A stretch of DNA of 63,157 nucleotides, counting the filler, from Trichosphaerium sp. ATCC 40318 (taxonomy: Eukaryota > Protista > Tubulinea), in NCBI GenBank assembly GCA_038496445.1. It is 3 parts of 3 records of this genome, joined end to end, with 100 filler letters (N's around TTAATTAATTAA, not from the genome) between each part and the next. Parts side by side here need not be neighbours in the genome. Positions count along the whole stretch, not along the records: positions 47,803 to 63,157 come from JALMLS010000559.1; 2 more parts are not named here. The stretch is one strand, 5' to 3'. Below are positions 51,657 to 63,157 of this stretch, piece by piece. Below the pieces are notes generated by a model. That model was given only the letters and a program-made list of their open reading frames with translations, was not told where the DNA came from and did no database searches. Numbering within the stretch: position 1 is the first letter of the stretch; each line of letters opens with the position of its first letter. Both the position numbers and the translations under genes were made by a program.

Positions 51657-52499
51657 TTAATACCAAATGTATCCTAGTTCACCATCTATCCACATGCGCT
51701 GTGACTTTAGTTCTCCGTTCTCATGCCATTGTTTAGTTTCGCCATGCCGTTTATCATTAGCCCACATGGACTGTTCCTGAAGTTGTCCATTCTCATACCA
51801 CTCTTTAGTTTCACCGTGTAGCTTATCATCAACCCACATGGACTGTTCCTGAACTTGTCCATTTGCATACCAATTTTTGCGTTCACCCTGTTGTTTACCA
51901 TCAACAAACATGAACTGAAACTTTAGTTGTCCATTTTCATGCCATCCTCTACTGTCACCACTTGGTTTATTATCAACCCACATGCATCGTATCTGAAGTT
52001 GTCCATTTTCATGCCAATATTTACACTCACCTTGTAGTGTATTATTTACATAATGGAACAACTCTTTCAATTGACCATTTTTGTACCACTTTTTGTACTC
52101 TCCATTGAATGCATCATTGACAACATTACCTTGTTCCATCAGTTCACCGCTTTGATACCATCGTTTGAGATCTCCATGACATACACAGTCGACAGTATTA
52201 TACAGCTCTTTTAATTGACCCTTCTTGTACCATACTTTACATGGTCCATTCACTACATGTTTATGCATTTGTACCTCTCCACTTGTATACCAACGTGTCC
52301 ACATTCCTTTCTTTTTTAATGAATCATCAAAATGAGTATTAATTGCTGCTCTCTTTGATAGAGTATGGAATTTTGTGAATGCTTCAATATTGAAAGTACA
52401 AATATATGTTTGAAGTTCACATGGAATATCCAATAAACCGAATGAGACCAATTTACAGTGAAGGTTTTTTTGCTTTGCACTTGACTGTAAAAAAAACAA
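51657..52499 (-). CDS. F-box-like + about 8 MORN-variant repeats (intact; short first exon probably upstream)
   Basis: GLLDIPCELQTYI then 24-aa repeats xGExKxWxENGQLxxQxMWV; acceptor TTTTACAG near 52485. Confidence 0.85.
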   Translation of the reverse strand: MFFLQSSAKQKNLHCKLVSFGLLDIPCELQTYICTFNIEAFTKFHTLSKRAAINTHFDDSLKKKGMWTRWYTSGEVQMHKHVVNGPCKVWYKKGQLKELYNTVDCVCHGDLKRWYQSGELMEQGNVVNDAFNGEYKKWYKNGQLKELFHYVNNTLQGECKYWHENGQLQIRCMWVDNKPSGDSRGWHENGQLKFQFMFVDGKQQGERKNWYANGQVQEQSMWVDDKLHGETKEWYENGQLQEQSMWANDKRHGETKQWHENGELKSQRMWIDGELGYIWY

Positions 52500-53000
52500 T
52501 GTTAGCGAAAAGCATCAGAGAACAAAAGATTAAATTGATAAAGAGCTAGTAGAACCAATTTGCTTGATTTTGTACACTTGGTAGACAAAAACTAATAAAA
52601 AACATAAAAAAAGGTTGTCCAATATGTCATGGACCAATAATAGGGATTTTACTGGCGTGTCACCTCTAAAAGGCTTGGTTTCTACGAAAAATGGAATACT
52701 AACATACTAACTCCACTATACTGTTTACGTGGTTGTTTACGTACCATTGGACCAAGTGAAGTACTATTTCTTTGAAAATGCACTCGTTAAGGTATTCAAA
52801 AAAACTTAACTTGTCATCGCTTGTGGAGGTCATTAATCCAGATTATACTTGCTAACCAACTGTGAAAGCAGCACTTATAAACGTGGCAAGTGCGTTACTT
52901 TTTTTGGAGTAGTGTTTTTACAAACGAACTGACATGAATGCTTAACAAAGTGATAGGAACTGACTTAACTTAAAAACAAAAAACCAAACGTTTTTTAATC

Positions 53001-53532
53001 ATGACCGCTAGGCACTCTGAATTAGACGCAGATCAAGGCGAGGTATCATCTGCACGAGGATTAGGCGCTAATGTTCAAGTTTCGTCAACTTATGACCCAA
53101 ATCATTCACTTGGAAACAGTTTCTTACACGCGCAACCACCTCGAGTTTATGCTGGCGCGTGGTGTGCAGGTGCTAATGATAAAAATCAGTGGGTACAACT
53201 GTCATTTGGGTTTAAAAAAGTTCTCGTGACAGGTGTAAAGACACAAGGTTGTTACCAATGTTTTATTTAAAGCCAACAATGATATCATTAATTTATCAAT
53301 AGGACGGTATGATTGTGACCAATGGGTTACCCAATATTCAGTTTCATACACAAATAATGGATATGATTGGTTAACCGTAGATAACGGCAGAACCTTTGTT
53401 GGAAACAAAGATAGAGATACAGTTGTATCAAACAAATTCGAAAAACCAGTTTTTGCAAGAGCAATACGTATCATACCTCTCTCATGGCATGCTCATATCT
53501 CAATGAGATTTGATGCTTTGATTGTAGTTTAA
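53001..53532 (+). CDS. Stand-alone F5/8 type C (discoidin) domain protein
   Basis: GAWCAG..QWVQL..VTGVKTQG|RYDCDQWVTQY..FVGNKD..ARAIRIIP..WHAHISMRFD; one intron (53248-53301). Confidence 0.9.
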
Positions 53533-54722
53533 AGTATTAATGTTTGAAGAATAAAAAGACTGTCTTCCACTAGAGTCGCTGTAGCTCGAGTATTTCGAAA
53601 TAAGATAATTGTACGAATAGATTGATTATTGTAGAGAAGTTGCGCTACAACAAAATTAGAAGTATGTCTCCAAATTGCAACCACAGATCCTTATAAATGA
53701 AAAAAAAAAATCACGTGACCTCAGACCACAATACTTTAGTTGGTTGAGTATAGCCAAAAGTCGATTTTACAGAGCATTTTTATCCCAACATACAGCAAGC
53801 GGTCATGTGCGGTAATCAGTTTTGAGAACTTGCATTTGCAACACTTAATGCTTACAAAAACACTAATTAGGACCAAGACATAAACTATCACCCTAACGCG
53901 CACTGCTGCAGTTATACATAATCTAAACAACTGTAAAATCTTTGACAATAGCCAGTGAGCAACCGCATTAACAACTGAGATTTTTTTATATTCTTTTATT
54001 ACACTATTTTACCATCTTACAATGTTTACTGTACTCCAAATGCACCGTTGTGAATATTCCTTACGAATCAAGTCTTATTGACTTTAAAGCAAGTAGATTG
54101 ATTATCTATAAACTGAATACCATATCCGTGAACAATCAGAGGACGTTTGGTTCCGTGTATTGAAGGTGGGCGAGGATAAGCACCATCTATGTCAGTGCCA
54201 AATGTTGTGCAATGTCTTGACTATGTAATGTTAGCTCAGTTCATCTAAAGCACAAAATACATACCTTTGCATTACATAGTATATTGTCTACAGTATTTAG
54301 ATTCAAGTTTGAGAGGTGTTGTGTTGTCATTGTGGTTGTGTTTTAATGAGTTAAGTTACGACTTAAAATATCAAGTATGATTTCAATCTAAGTTCACTCA
54401 AACATTTCAATCAACTGATATCATAAACTACTTTATCAATGCTTGAACTAAAAGCCCAGTGCAATTGGCAAACCTTGTGATGATTGATTTTTATTTTTTT
54501 ATGGTTGAAAACTAAAACAATCATCATACACGCTTTTCACTCAATATTGGCTATCAATCTCGACTAGCGTAGACCACACTATCGTAGCAATGTTACAAGC
54601 TATAACTTTGGTCAATGTAGCTCGGATCAGGGTAATAAAGCAGGTATCCAATCCAACTAAGACAAGAGTCTACAATTGCATACAAAAATGTCTTTTAGGC
54701 TATTTTTAGTTTACTTTTCTTT

Positions 54723-55406
54723 CTACAAGAGTCTACATTTCTGTTCATGTTTCTTTGTTCTCTTGTTCATTGGCGCAGATATAACAGCACGTGTGGCTTC
54801 ATCGAAAATAGTTTTAAGTCCGACCTGTGTGAAAGACGAACACTCAAGGTATTTCAAAGCCCCAATACTTTGTGCCATTGATGTTCCTTGTTCGAATGTT
54901 ATTGGAGCTTGTTTCTTTGCAGCAAGCTTATTTATCGTTGTTTCTTTATCTCTGAGATCAATCTTATTACCAATCAATATGATTGGTACATTAGGACAAT
55001 GATGAGAAACTTCTGGAAACCACTAGATGAAGACGTAAGCAACAAACAAGCGAAAAAGATAAAACCGAAGTTTCACACGTGCCTTTTCTCTCACGTTTTC
55101 GAAAGATGATGGAGCAACAACTGAGAAACATATTAAGAACACCTCTGTATCAGGATATGATAAAGGTCTTAATCTAGCATATTGTTCGCGCCCAGAAGAA
55201 TCCCATAATTGGAGATTGATTTGAAGACCGTCAACCATAACATTTGCAGTGTAATTATCAAACATGAAATCTAACATCTCTACAACAACAGTTACTAACT
55301 AGTAAATGAGTATAGGGTCACCAGGCATGGTATTAGTGGTATAGGATATAAGCATAGCCGTTTTTCCAACAGCACTGTCAACGAGTACTGATTTTATTGT
55401 TCTCAT
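54723..55406 (-). CDS. Atypical Rac/Rho-family small GTPase
   Basis: [44 protein letters not shown], CaaX CRLL; two introns. Confidence 0.85.
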
Positions 55407-55533
55407 TGTATGTTGTGTATATTCCTTGATATGAATAAATGTTGTTTGTGCTGTAATTAGGCTAACATAAAATAATTTGGCTTTCGCCTAATTTGAATTA
55501 TTTATCTTCACTGAAACTAAACAGCGGCTGTTA

Positions 55534-55735
55534 AGGCTTGGTGGAACAATGGTAAAATACAAAGGCATTGTAATTACATCAACGACAAGCTAGAAGGAGA
55601 GTACAAGGTATGGTATGAGAATGGCCAATTGTGGTGGAAGTGTAATTTTGCCAATGACAAACAAGAAGGAGAATACAAGGCCTTGCATTGGGAATGGGTA
55701 CCCATTGTAATTACATCAATGGCAAACGATCATAT
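55534..55735 (+). pseudogene. MORN-variant repeat fragment
   Basis: KAWWNNGKIQRHCNYINDKLEGEYKVWYENGQLWWKCNFANDKQEGEYK, then frameshift; no start. Confidence 0.7.
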
Positions 55736-55942
55736 CAGGCATTTTTAGCTTGGTTTTGTTCATCACTGTGAGTACGTAGTACATGCTAACAAGCAAAAAC
55801 TGTTTAGCTATGTTCTAAGGTAACATAGACTAAGAAAAATGTCTTACCATTGAACAAGTTTTATTGTAAAATACCGACAAACAAAGGATTACTTTTCTAC
55901 CACTTTCTTTGTTGGTTTTTTTTTTTTGTATTTTTTATAAGT

Positions 55943-58886
55943 TTACATAGGTACAAGCCCTAGTTGTTGCTGCTTTGTATAAACCAAACTAACATTACAT
56001 AAAGTACGTTTTTCCCAATAGCTATTCATTGTTTCAATATCTCCAGTGTCAAAGCAATATTGTAATACAACCAAGAAAGAATCAATGTTTATAACTTCTG
56101 GATTATTTTCAAGTCCATCATCAAAGAACTTGAATAATTGTTTCTTTGTACCAGATGTTGCTATTAGTTTAATCATAATCTCATATGAACGTTGATCAAT
56201 ACCAAAATTCTGTTGTATTGTCTTATATAGTTCAAGTCCTTTCTGTAAGTCACCAATCTTTAAGAAACCTTCAAGTAAAATATTTATCTGACTTGTATTT
56301 ACTTTTACTTTCATTATCTCACTCATTGTTTCTAAAAGTTCTGTAGCTGCTGGTATATCTTCACAAATACATGATATAGCTGTGTTTATATGAGGATCCT
56401 TATCAGAAAAAACAGAAGTAAGCATAACACACAAAACGTTACACAAAAAAAAGAATCAGAAAAGAAAAAAAAAAAAAAAAAAAAAACTAAAAGCGTGTTC
56501 AAGCTCTTTTATGTTTTCAGGCAATAACTTGGTATCATTGTTTCCTCATGCGTAGTGATTACAGTGATGCAATTAAGAACACTTTCATCCGTCACGGGTT
56601 TTTTTTGTTGCTTGAGTTTGAAAAAGAATACGAAGACGTAGGTTTGGGTTTATACCTTGTCATCATCATTATCACCATATATCGTGTCATTTATGAAGTT
56701 AATCAAAGATAATTTATACTCTTTTCTCTTTTCTTCTGATATAACAGACTCAAATATAGCTTTCCATAGAAATGCATAGGTTGCAAGTGTCTCGTCTAAA
56801 TAGAGAAATGAGCAAGAGCTTGAACCTAAAAAAAAACTGTCCCGAAAAAAATAGGCAAACACGGCCTTTGTTGTTATTATTATTTTGGAGTATGTAATAA
56901 AGTGTAATTACACTGGCAGTAGAAAGTGAATTAAAAGAAAATTGCGCGATTCTTGAGTCACCACGTGAAGAAAAAAACAAAAAAAAAACTAGAAAAGTGC
57001 GTTTGGAGACTTCTTCTATTTTACCCTCCGCGCTGGCCAGAGAATAGTAGTTTGTAGTAAAATACGTAAAGTGTAGCAGATATAAATTGTAATAGATTAT
57101 GCACAAACGTACGTTCAAGTGATTCAGCAAGGGCACGTTCAAACTCTTCCAAAGGCAATTCCATCAAAATAATAGAAAGAAGGTATGGACGTACAAAGTA
57201 CTCTTTACACTCTATCATTTTACTCCTTATGGCCATAATATGTTGTAATAGATCATTAACACGTGGTACATCCTTTGATATTGTTAATGCTTTAAGGAAC
57301 CCTTCAGCTATTATCGTAAAGTGCATATACACAGCACGTTTATGAAGTGCATGCCATAGTTCTGAAGCGCTCTTAATATCACCATTATATAAATAATTCT
57401 TTAAAAGACAAGAAAACATTAAATGGGGTATCTCATTATCACGCTATGGAAAGGGTGTTAGAAAGACTGTAAGAGAAAAACAGTTTGAAGAGGTTTTTTT
57501 TTTTTGTTTTGTAACACGTACAAGGTCTTTAGCTTGTAGACAAAGTTGGTAGAGTAAATATCCAGCTTCTCTATCACAAATAGATAGAGACAATGCCATT
57601 TGTTTGTATAAAGCGGTTGCAACGTTGTGTAACGGTACATTACGTAGAGGTTCACAGAACTATGACTTAGTTAAAAAAACTGGCTTAATAGACTTAAAGA
57701 AAAGAAAGAAAAAAAACAGACAGACGTCTTGCTGAAGCTTCCAGGCAACCTTGATCAGAAAGAGGTTGTTATTTTTTATACGACGTACTTTTACTATTTT
57801 TTCAACTTCCCCAGCCCTTGTATAATGCCGCAACATTGCTATGTCACTTTCTAATCCTCTTTTATTTTTTCTTTTAACAATATGCATGCATTTGTAAGCT
57901 TCTTCAATCTCTGTGATCATATCTCTATCATAAAGAGCAGCCAATAGACTATGAAAGGCCTATATAAATGATGAACGCTTAGAATAATATATTAAACGTC
58001 CTCAAGAGCGTCTAGAGTATAACAAAGCAGCTCAAAAAAAAACGGAAAAAAAAGGTACCTGGTTAGTTATGAAAGTGTTAGTTGATTTTGCATCTTCTAG
58101 TAACTCTAGTGCTGGTTCGATACGACCAGCGGAGCTAAGTAAATTATTAGATGACGTGTAGATTATTGAAAACCTCAGCACGTTTTTTAATGATGTCTGA
58201 AAAAGAGCAAAAATAAAAAAGAAAAAAGCACGATAGTTTCCTCGTCCTTTCAGTAATTTAGACCACCGTCAGTTATATACTCTGTTTTGTACTATACTGT
58301 ACACCATAACTGACAAGAGGCCAAACAATCCGTCACATAGTGAGAGACAAAGAAAAAGTTTCAAAAAACAAGAAAAAAAGCGGAGTTGGGTTAACACCAA
58401 CGCTAATACGAATAAGACTTGCCTGTATCCCCTAATCATCACCGAAAGAAGCACTGACGAAACCAGGTTACGCACTTTATACGCCTGGTAAAAAGAATCA
58501 ACTTTAAGCAACTGTCCTTGTCTGAATAAAGCGTCTATTGCTATGGATGTTGTTGTTGGTGTTTTCATATCCATTGGCAACCTTTGGTATAATTCTGTTA
58601 CCATATCGTATTGTTTTTTAGCCAACGCCAAACGCATTTTGTCCACCTTTTCTAGTCTGCTATTGTCAGACAATGCAAGGTCCGCTGCACGCACAGACGG
58701 TTCAGGTTTGCTCTTTTCGCGTTTAGCGACACTGAAACCGTCTCTTTTGATCTTCGGGTGTATGTCAGTGTAGCCTTGTTTAATTTTAAGCACTCTTTGG
58801 GAGTGAAACTTTCTGAACGTGGCGGGTCGCTTTGTTTTGGTGGTATTGCGCGTATTGTGGTACCACACAGCCGATTTGAGGAACAT
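55943..58886 (-). CDS. Pentatricopeptide repeat (PPR) protein, likely mitochondrial
   Basis: Basic presequence-like N-terminus; SVMIRGYSSAGRIEPALELL, NILLEGFLKIGDLQKGLELY and SYEIMIKLIATSG repeats. The 3' end is approximate. Confidence 0.8.
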
Positions 58887-59037
58887 TGGTTGGCCGATCT
58901 GATTACTTGGCTATTCTTTGTACGAACCCTTTTCTTGAAGTTATAGCAGCGTGTGACGTAATATTATCTCCAATTAAGTTGGTATAAATGTATTAGCGAT
59001 CAAGCCATTTCTTTCAGTTTTCTGTTTGAGCTCACTA

Positions 59038-62000
59038 ATGTCGAGAGCCCTAACGAGGCTTACGTACCTTGTTAGGGGCAAGCAATATTACGCCCCTAGG
59101 CAATCAAAGGCATGGAAAAGCTATTTTACTGTCCAAGCTATTTTACGCTAACCTCTTAGCACTCAGAGATACTATGCAACCACTAAAAAAACAAACAGTA
59201 TTCTACGCTCTCGTTCAGGCGGGTTATTGATACGAAAGCCTACATTACATAATGCACTACCACCGTACGCGACTTTTGTTCGTTAATTGTATACTTTCCT
59301 GCCAAACTTCATTAAATCGCTCACCATTCAACCTCTAATAGCCATGTACGACGGTATTGCGATGGACCCAAAGAAAACAACGAAAACAATAAAGGCGAAG
59401 AAAAGAACGCTGGCGTTGATGAGGATACCAGAAAAAAGGATGAGGAGACTAGAAAAAGGATGGAAGAGGAGATGGAAGCTGAGTTTGGGTTCAAACCAGA
59501 GCCTGACCTTCCACGTTTAACAAATTACATGGATTACGATGAACCTGGAGTACATGGATCATTTGGAGCGAGAGAGCCAATAGCAAAGCGATACGCAGTG
59601 AATGACGATGTATACATTATTTCTCCTTTTATACCGCTATTTCGCCTTTGATCTCACGTATGAACTAGCCTGAATCGCAAAAGAAGCAGGCAGAATGGAA
59701 TTCAGAGTTTCAAACTGGTTCCCACGCGACTGAAGAGTTTATGGATGCCAGAGCTGAACGATTAAAAAAAGATGAAGATGTAAGTAGGAAATGGCGCACG
59801 AAGCATTTTTGACTTTTCGTGTTTGTCCAAACGTATTTTATCAGATTAATGCTCTAGCACACGCAACACGCATAAATAGTAGCGACTACGCTCAGAGTGC
59901 ATATTTTAAACGATTTTAAGCGATTTTAAAGCGTTTTTCCTAAATCAACCTTAAATACCTTGTAGGGCCTTCAAGATGGTATACGTGAATACTATGCTGC
60001 AGCAACAGAGGCAGAAAAGGGTGAGGGTGCAGAAGAAGAAGATATGATACCTCCACGTAAGAATTAAGATCATTATTTATTGGAAGTCATTACCTTAACA
60101 CTGTTCTGTCTAGCTTCACAATGGAAATCTCCAGAAGAGTTTAAACAAACACAAGATTTTTTTTTGGAGCATGGTGTAAAGATAACAGATCCTTCAAAAT
60201 ATCTTCTTGGAAGGAAGTATCCGGAGATTTTCGGTAAGTTGTCACAATAATTTTTGTTTGTGTTGTTTCTTCTTTTTTTTTTTTTTCCAGCGAAAAACTG
60301 TCCTTAACATTGATCATATCTTGCTTTACCAATGTCCCTGTTGTTTAGTTACGCGATTATTACTATGTTAAATTGTACTAAATCCATGGCTTTTTATTAG
60401 ATCGTGAAGTGGAATGGTTTAGGATGAAGACAGGTCACTATGCTGAGATACAGCGTATAAGACGAGATGTACTTCAACCTCGAGTTGATGAAATGGGTAA
60501 TAAGATGGATCTTAATCCATTACATCCTCGTGATATAATGCAAAAGTGGCATGTGTACAATCAATTGCAGACGCTTCCAATATGTACGTCATATTATTAT
60601 TTGAAGATCTTTTTTTTTTCTTTTTTTTTTTATTCTACTCGCGTTTGTGTGCACGTTTTTTGACTTTTTCGTATTTTAGACAATCCTACACTTGGTGAAC
60701 GATTTGGTTTATTACAGAACCCAACATATTTCAGAAATGTGCCACCAAGAGATGATACAATATTCCGTCGATTGGGTTTACCTAATCCTATTATTCAACC
60801 TTTCCGTCAGATGAGACGTGCACTTGGTGTCTTTACTCCTCTCGGAAAACTGCTCGGTTAAGAACTGGTCAATTACATGATGTAGCGGATGATCATGTGT
60901 TAGATGTCAATCCACGTGTTGATGCCTATCGTTGGTGGTATGTCTAAAACAAGATCGAAACTGCTTTTTTTCTATTTTTTTTTGTAAACTCAATTCTTAC
61001 ACTTGACGCTCTATTTTTAAATTTGGCTATGCTACGTATAGCATAGTGTGTATTTAAAGGAAATATCGAAAGAAAAATAATAGTTATAGCATTTTTAGAG
61101 TGGGAAAGGATATTTCTTTTTGAACTTGTTCCTTTCGTAATTTTTTCTTCTTTTTTGTAATTCAATTGATTTCTTTGCTAATAAAGTACTCTCTAGGCAT
61201 GAATGGATAACCCCTCCACAAGCTGCTGAATCTGGATACGCTGCTGGTGAGATGTATTACTTGAAAGATATTGGATACATATCAAAGCGAGATTATATGA
61301 GAGAAATGATTAAGCTTGACAGAATTGCTTACAAACGAGAACAAGAAGAACAGAATTTAGTAAAGAAGTTGCTTTCTAGAAGTAGAAATGACCTACTTAC
61401 ATACTATGCATCTCAAATTCATTCAAATGATAGTTGGGCAATAGAGGCTAGAGAAAAGATAGTAGGTATTCTGGCAAACTTTGGATACACCAACTTTAAA
61501 ACAAAGAGTCAGAACTCTTCTTTCACTTCCTGAACCTAAACTTATAACTGCACGTCAAATGCCTAAGAAGAAGAAGAAGAAGAAGAAAAAACCAGGTGTA
61601 ATCAGTAGGTTTGTCTTTCAGCCTATCAAGAATACAAAAAGAATATTCAATTATATTTTCGTGGATTAATTGCGGATTGGTTCTTTCATGGTGATAGAGC
61701 TCTAGCACGAAGTGCTGTTGTCCGTGCGAAATGGGCACCAACTTTTTTCATGAGAAGGATGACAAAGAATGTAAGGATTCCTGCACTCGGTGGTGGTTCT
61801 GCGATGGGTATTGCTTGGGTAATTGTAACAATAGGTAATTTTTTTTTAAAATTTTTGAATTTTTTCGAAACTCTTTAAGCTCTTTTGTACATGAGGGTTT
61901 ATGCTGACTTTTTTAAATTAAGGGGGAATTATTGTAAGTATTCTCGTGGTATATCGTTATATTGGTGAAATATTTGGATTTGCAAACCATGAAGTACGTT

Positions 62001-63157
62001 CTCAACTTGAACAGAATTTTTATTTGTGAAATAGTATTCTTGTCACTAACAACTTGTTTTTGTAGTTCAAAACGCCATTGGCGTTTAATATATTAGAAGA
62101 CTTTGTACAAATAATGCCTAGATTCCGTGAGTTCACTATAGGCGGAATGAGTCCTATTTTGGACCCACAAAAGATATCAACTTTATTATCTATAGAAGAA
62201 ATGGGTTACGGTTGTGGTAAGTTTTTTTCTTGGTTATTTTTTAAGAATTTCTTCTTTATTATTTTCTTCTTTTCCATATTAATCAATATTTTTTAGTAAC
62301 GTTTCAAATGGACTATCCAGATGAGATAACGTTTCAAGCAAAAATTTGGTTTGGGGTACACGAGAGCAGTTTTTTTTTTTTTGGATTTGGAAAATCAAGC
62401 CATTTTTTCGAAAAAGAATACAGAAAAGAAATCGGAATTTTGTCTAACGTTTATTAGAGCGTCAGTGAGGAGGAAAAAGATAAATGGGTGCCTTTCTTGT
62501 TCACAGTTACTCCAGCTAAGGTCAGCCCAGCCGGTATGATTACTAGTTTATCTAAAAACGATGCTAAAGAGTATACACATCTTTTTGACACGTAAGTTAG
62601 TTTTTTTTGGATACTGTTTTTTTAGTCGTTCTAGGCAACGCGTATTGCCTTATTTTATTATTTGAAGATACTAATTATTTCTTTTATAGATTTGTGTATG
62701 ATTTCAATCAATACTGTAGAAGTGCTAGGAGTAGTAACACAAAGTTGGTATGTATTCCTGTTTTTTTCTTGTTTTTTTTTTCCTTTTTGTTTTGTTCTTT
62801 TTGTGAGGTTCCACTAAAGTGAGCTAAACAACTTTACACCGATGCAAATACTTTATGAATATTGCGTAAATATGATAATAATATGCGCACTACAATTTTA
62901 AACGATGGGGATTTCTGAAGAATTTTTTTTTCTTGTCGTTGTTACATTTAATGTTTATGTGCTTGATGCTCTTTACTCTATCCTTGTCTTTTACTTAAAC
63001 ATAAATATTAGAAATTCAAATTTTGGCATTATGATAAATCAAAGATTGTCGGACAACAAGGTCATTTCCCTATGCGTACGTGAACAACAAACGAAAAAAC
63101 AACAACAACAAAAAAAAGTTTATTCAGTTTTTTATTTTTTTTTAGCTTACCACTTTT
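59038..63157 (+). CDS. Uncharacterised multi-exon protein with presequence-like N-terminus, coiled coil and TM segment(s); 3' end uncertain
   Basis: MSRALTRLTYLVRGKQYYAPRQSKAWKS (Arg/Ser-rich, no acidic residues); chain of GT-AG exons; hydrophobic GGSAMGIAWVIVTIGGIIVSILVV. No family recognised. Confidence 0.55.

Overview
AT-rich, gene-dense eukaryotic (protist, probably amoebozoan by gene content) nuclear DNA with many short spliceosomal introns (mostly about 40-100 nt, often GTACG donors and CTAAC branch sites). Two 100-bp N44-TTAATTAATTAA-N44 linkers show the window is three concatenated contigs. Housekeeping or ordinary genes: carnitine carrier, carboxylesterase, Nup37, PhyH dioxygenase, TauE, purple acid phosphatase, Zn2Cys6 factor, PPR protein, discoidin domain protein and class C GPCR. 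A roughly 12-kb accessory tract (8.8-20.7 kb) holds hAT relics, an inverted MITE pair, a decayed Crinkler-type REase-kinase, a ThrRS gene fragment and F-box/MORN-variant pseudogenes. Most notable: (i) a secreted His-brace LPMO-like enzyme with CBM6 that I cannot assign to a family; (ii) an expanding and decaying F-box + MORN-variant repeat family (6 loci); (iii) an intron-containing ankyrin + chlamydial-type SET methyltransferase; (iv) a U12-type minor intron plus GC-AG introns; (v) about 7-fold enrichment of CACGTG. All gene models were spliced by eye and no database search was run.
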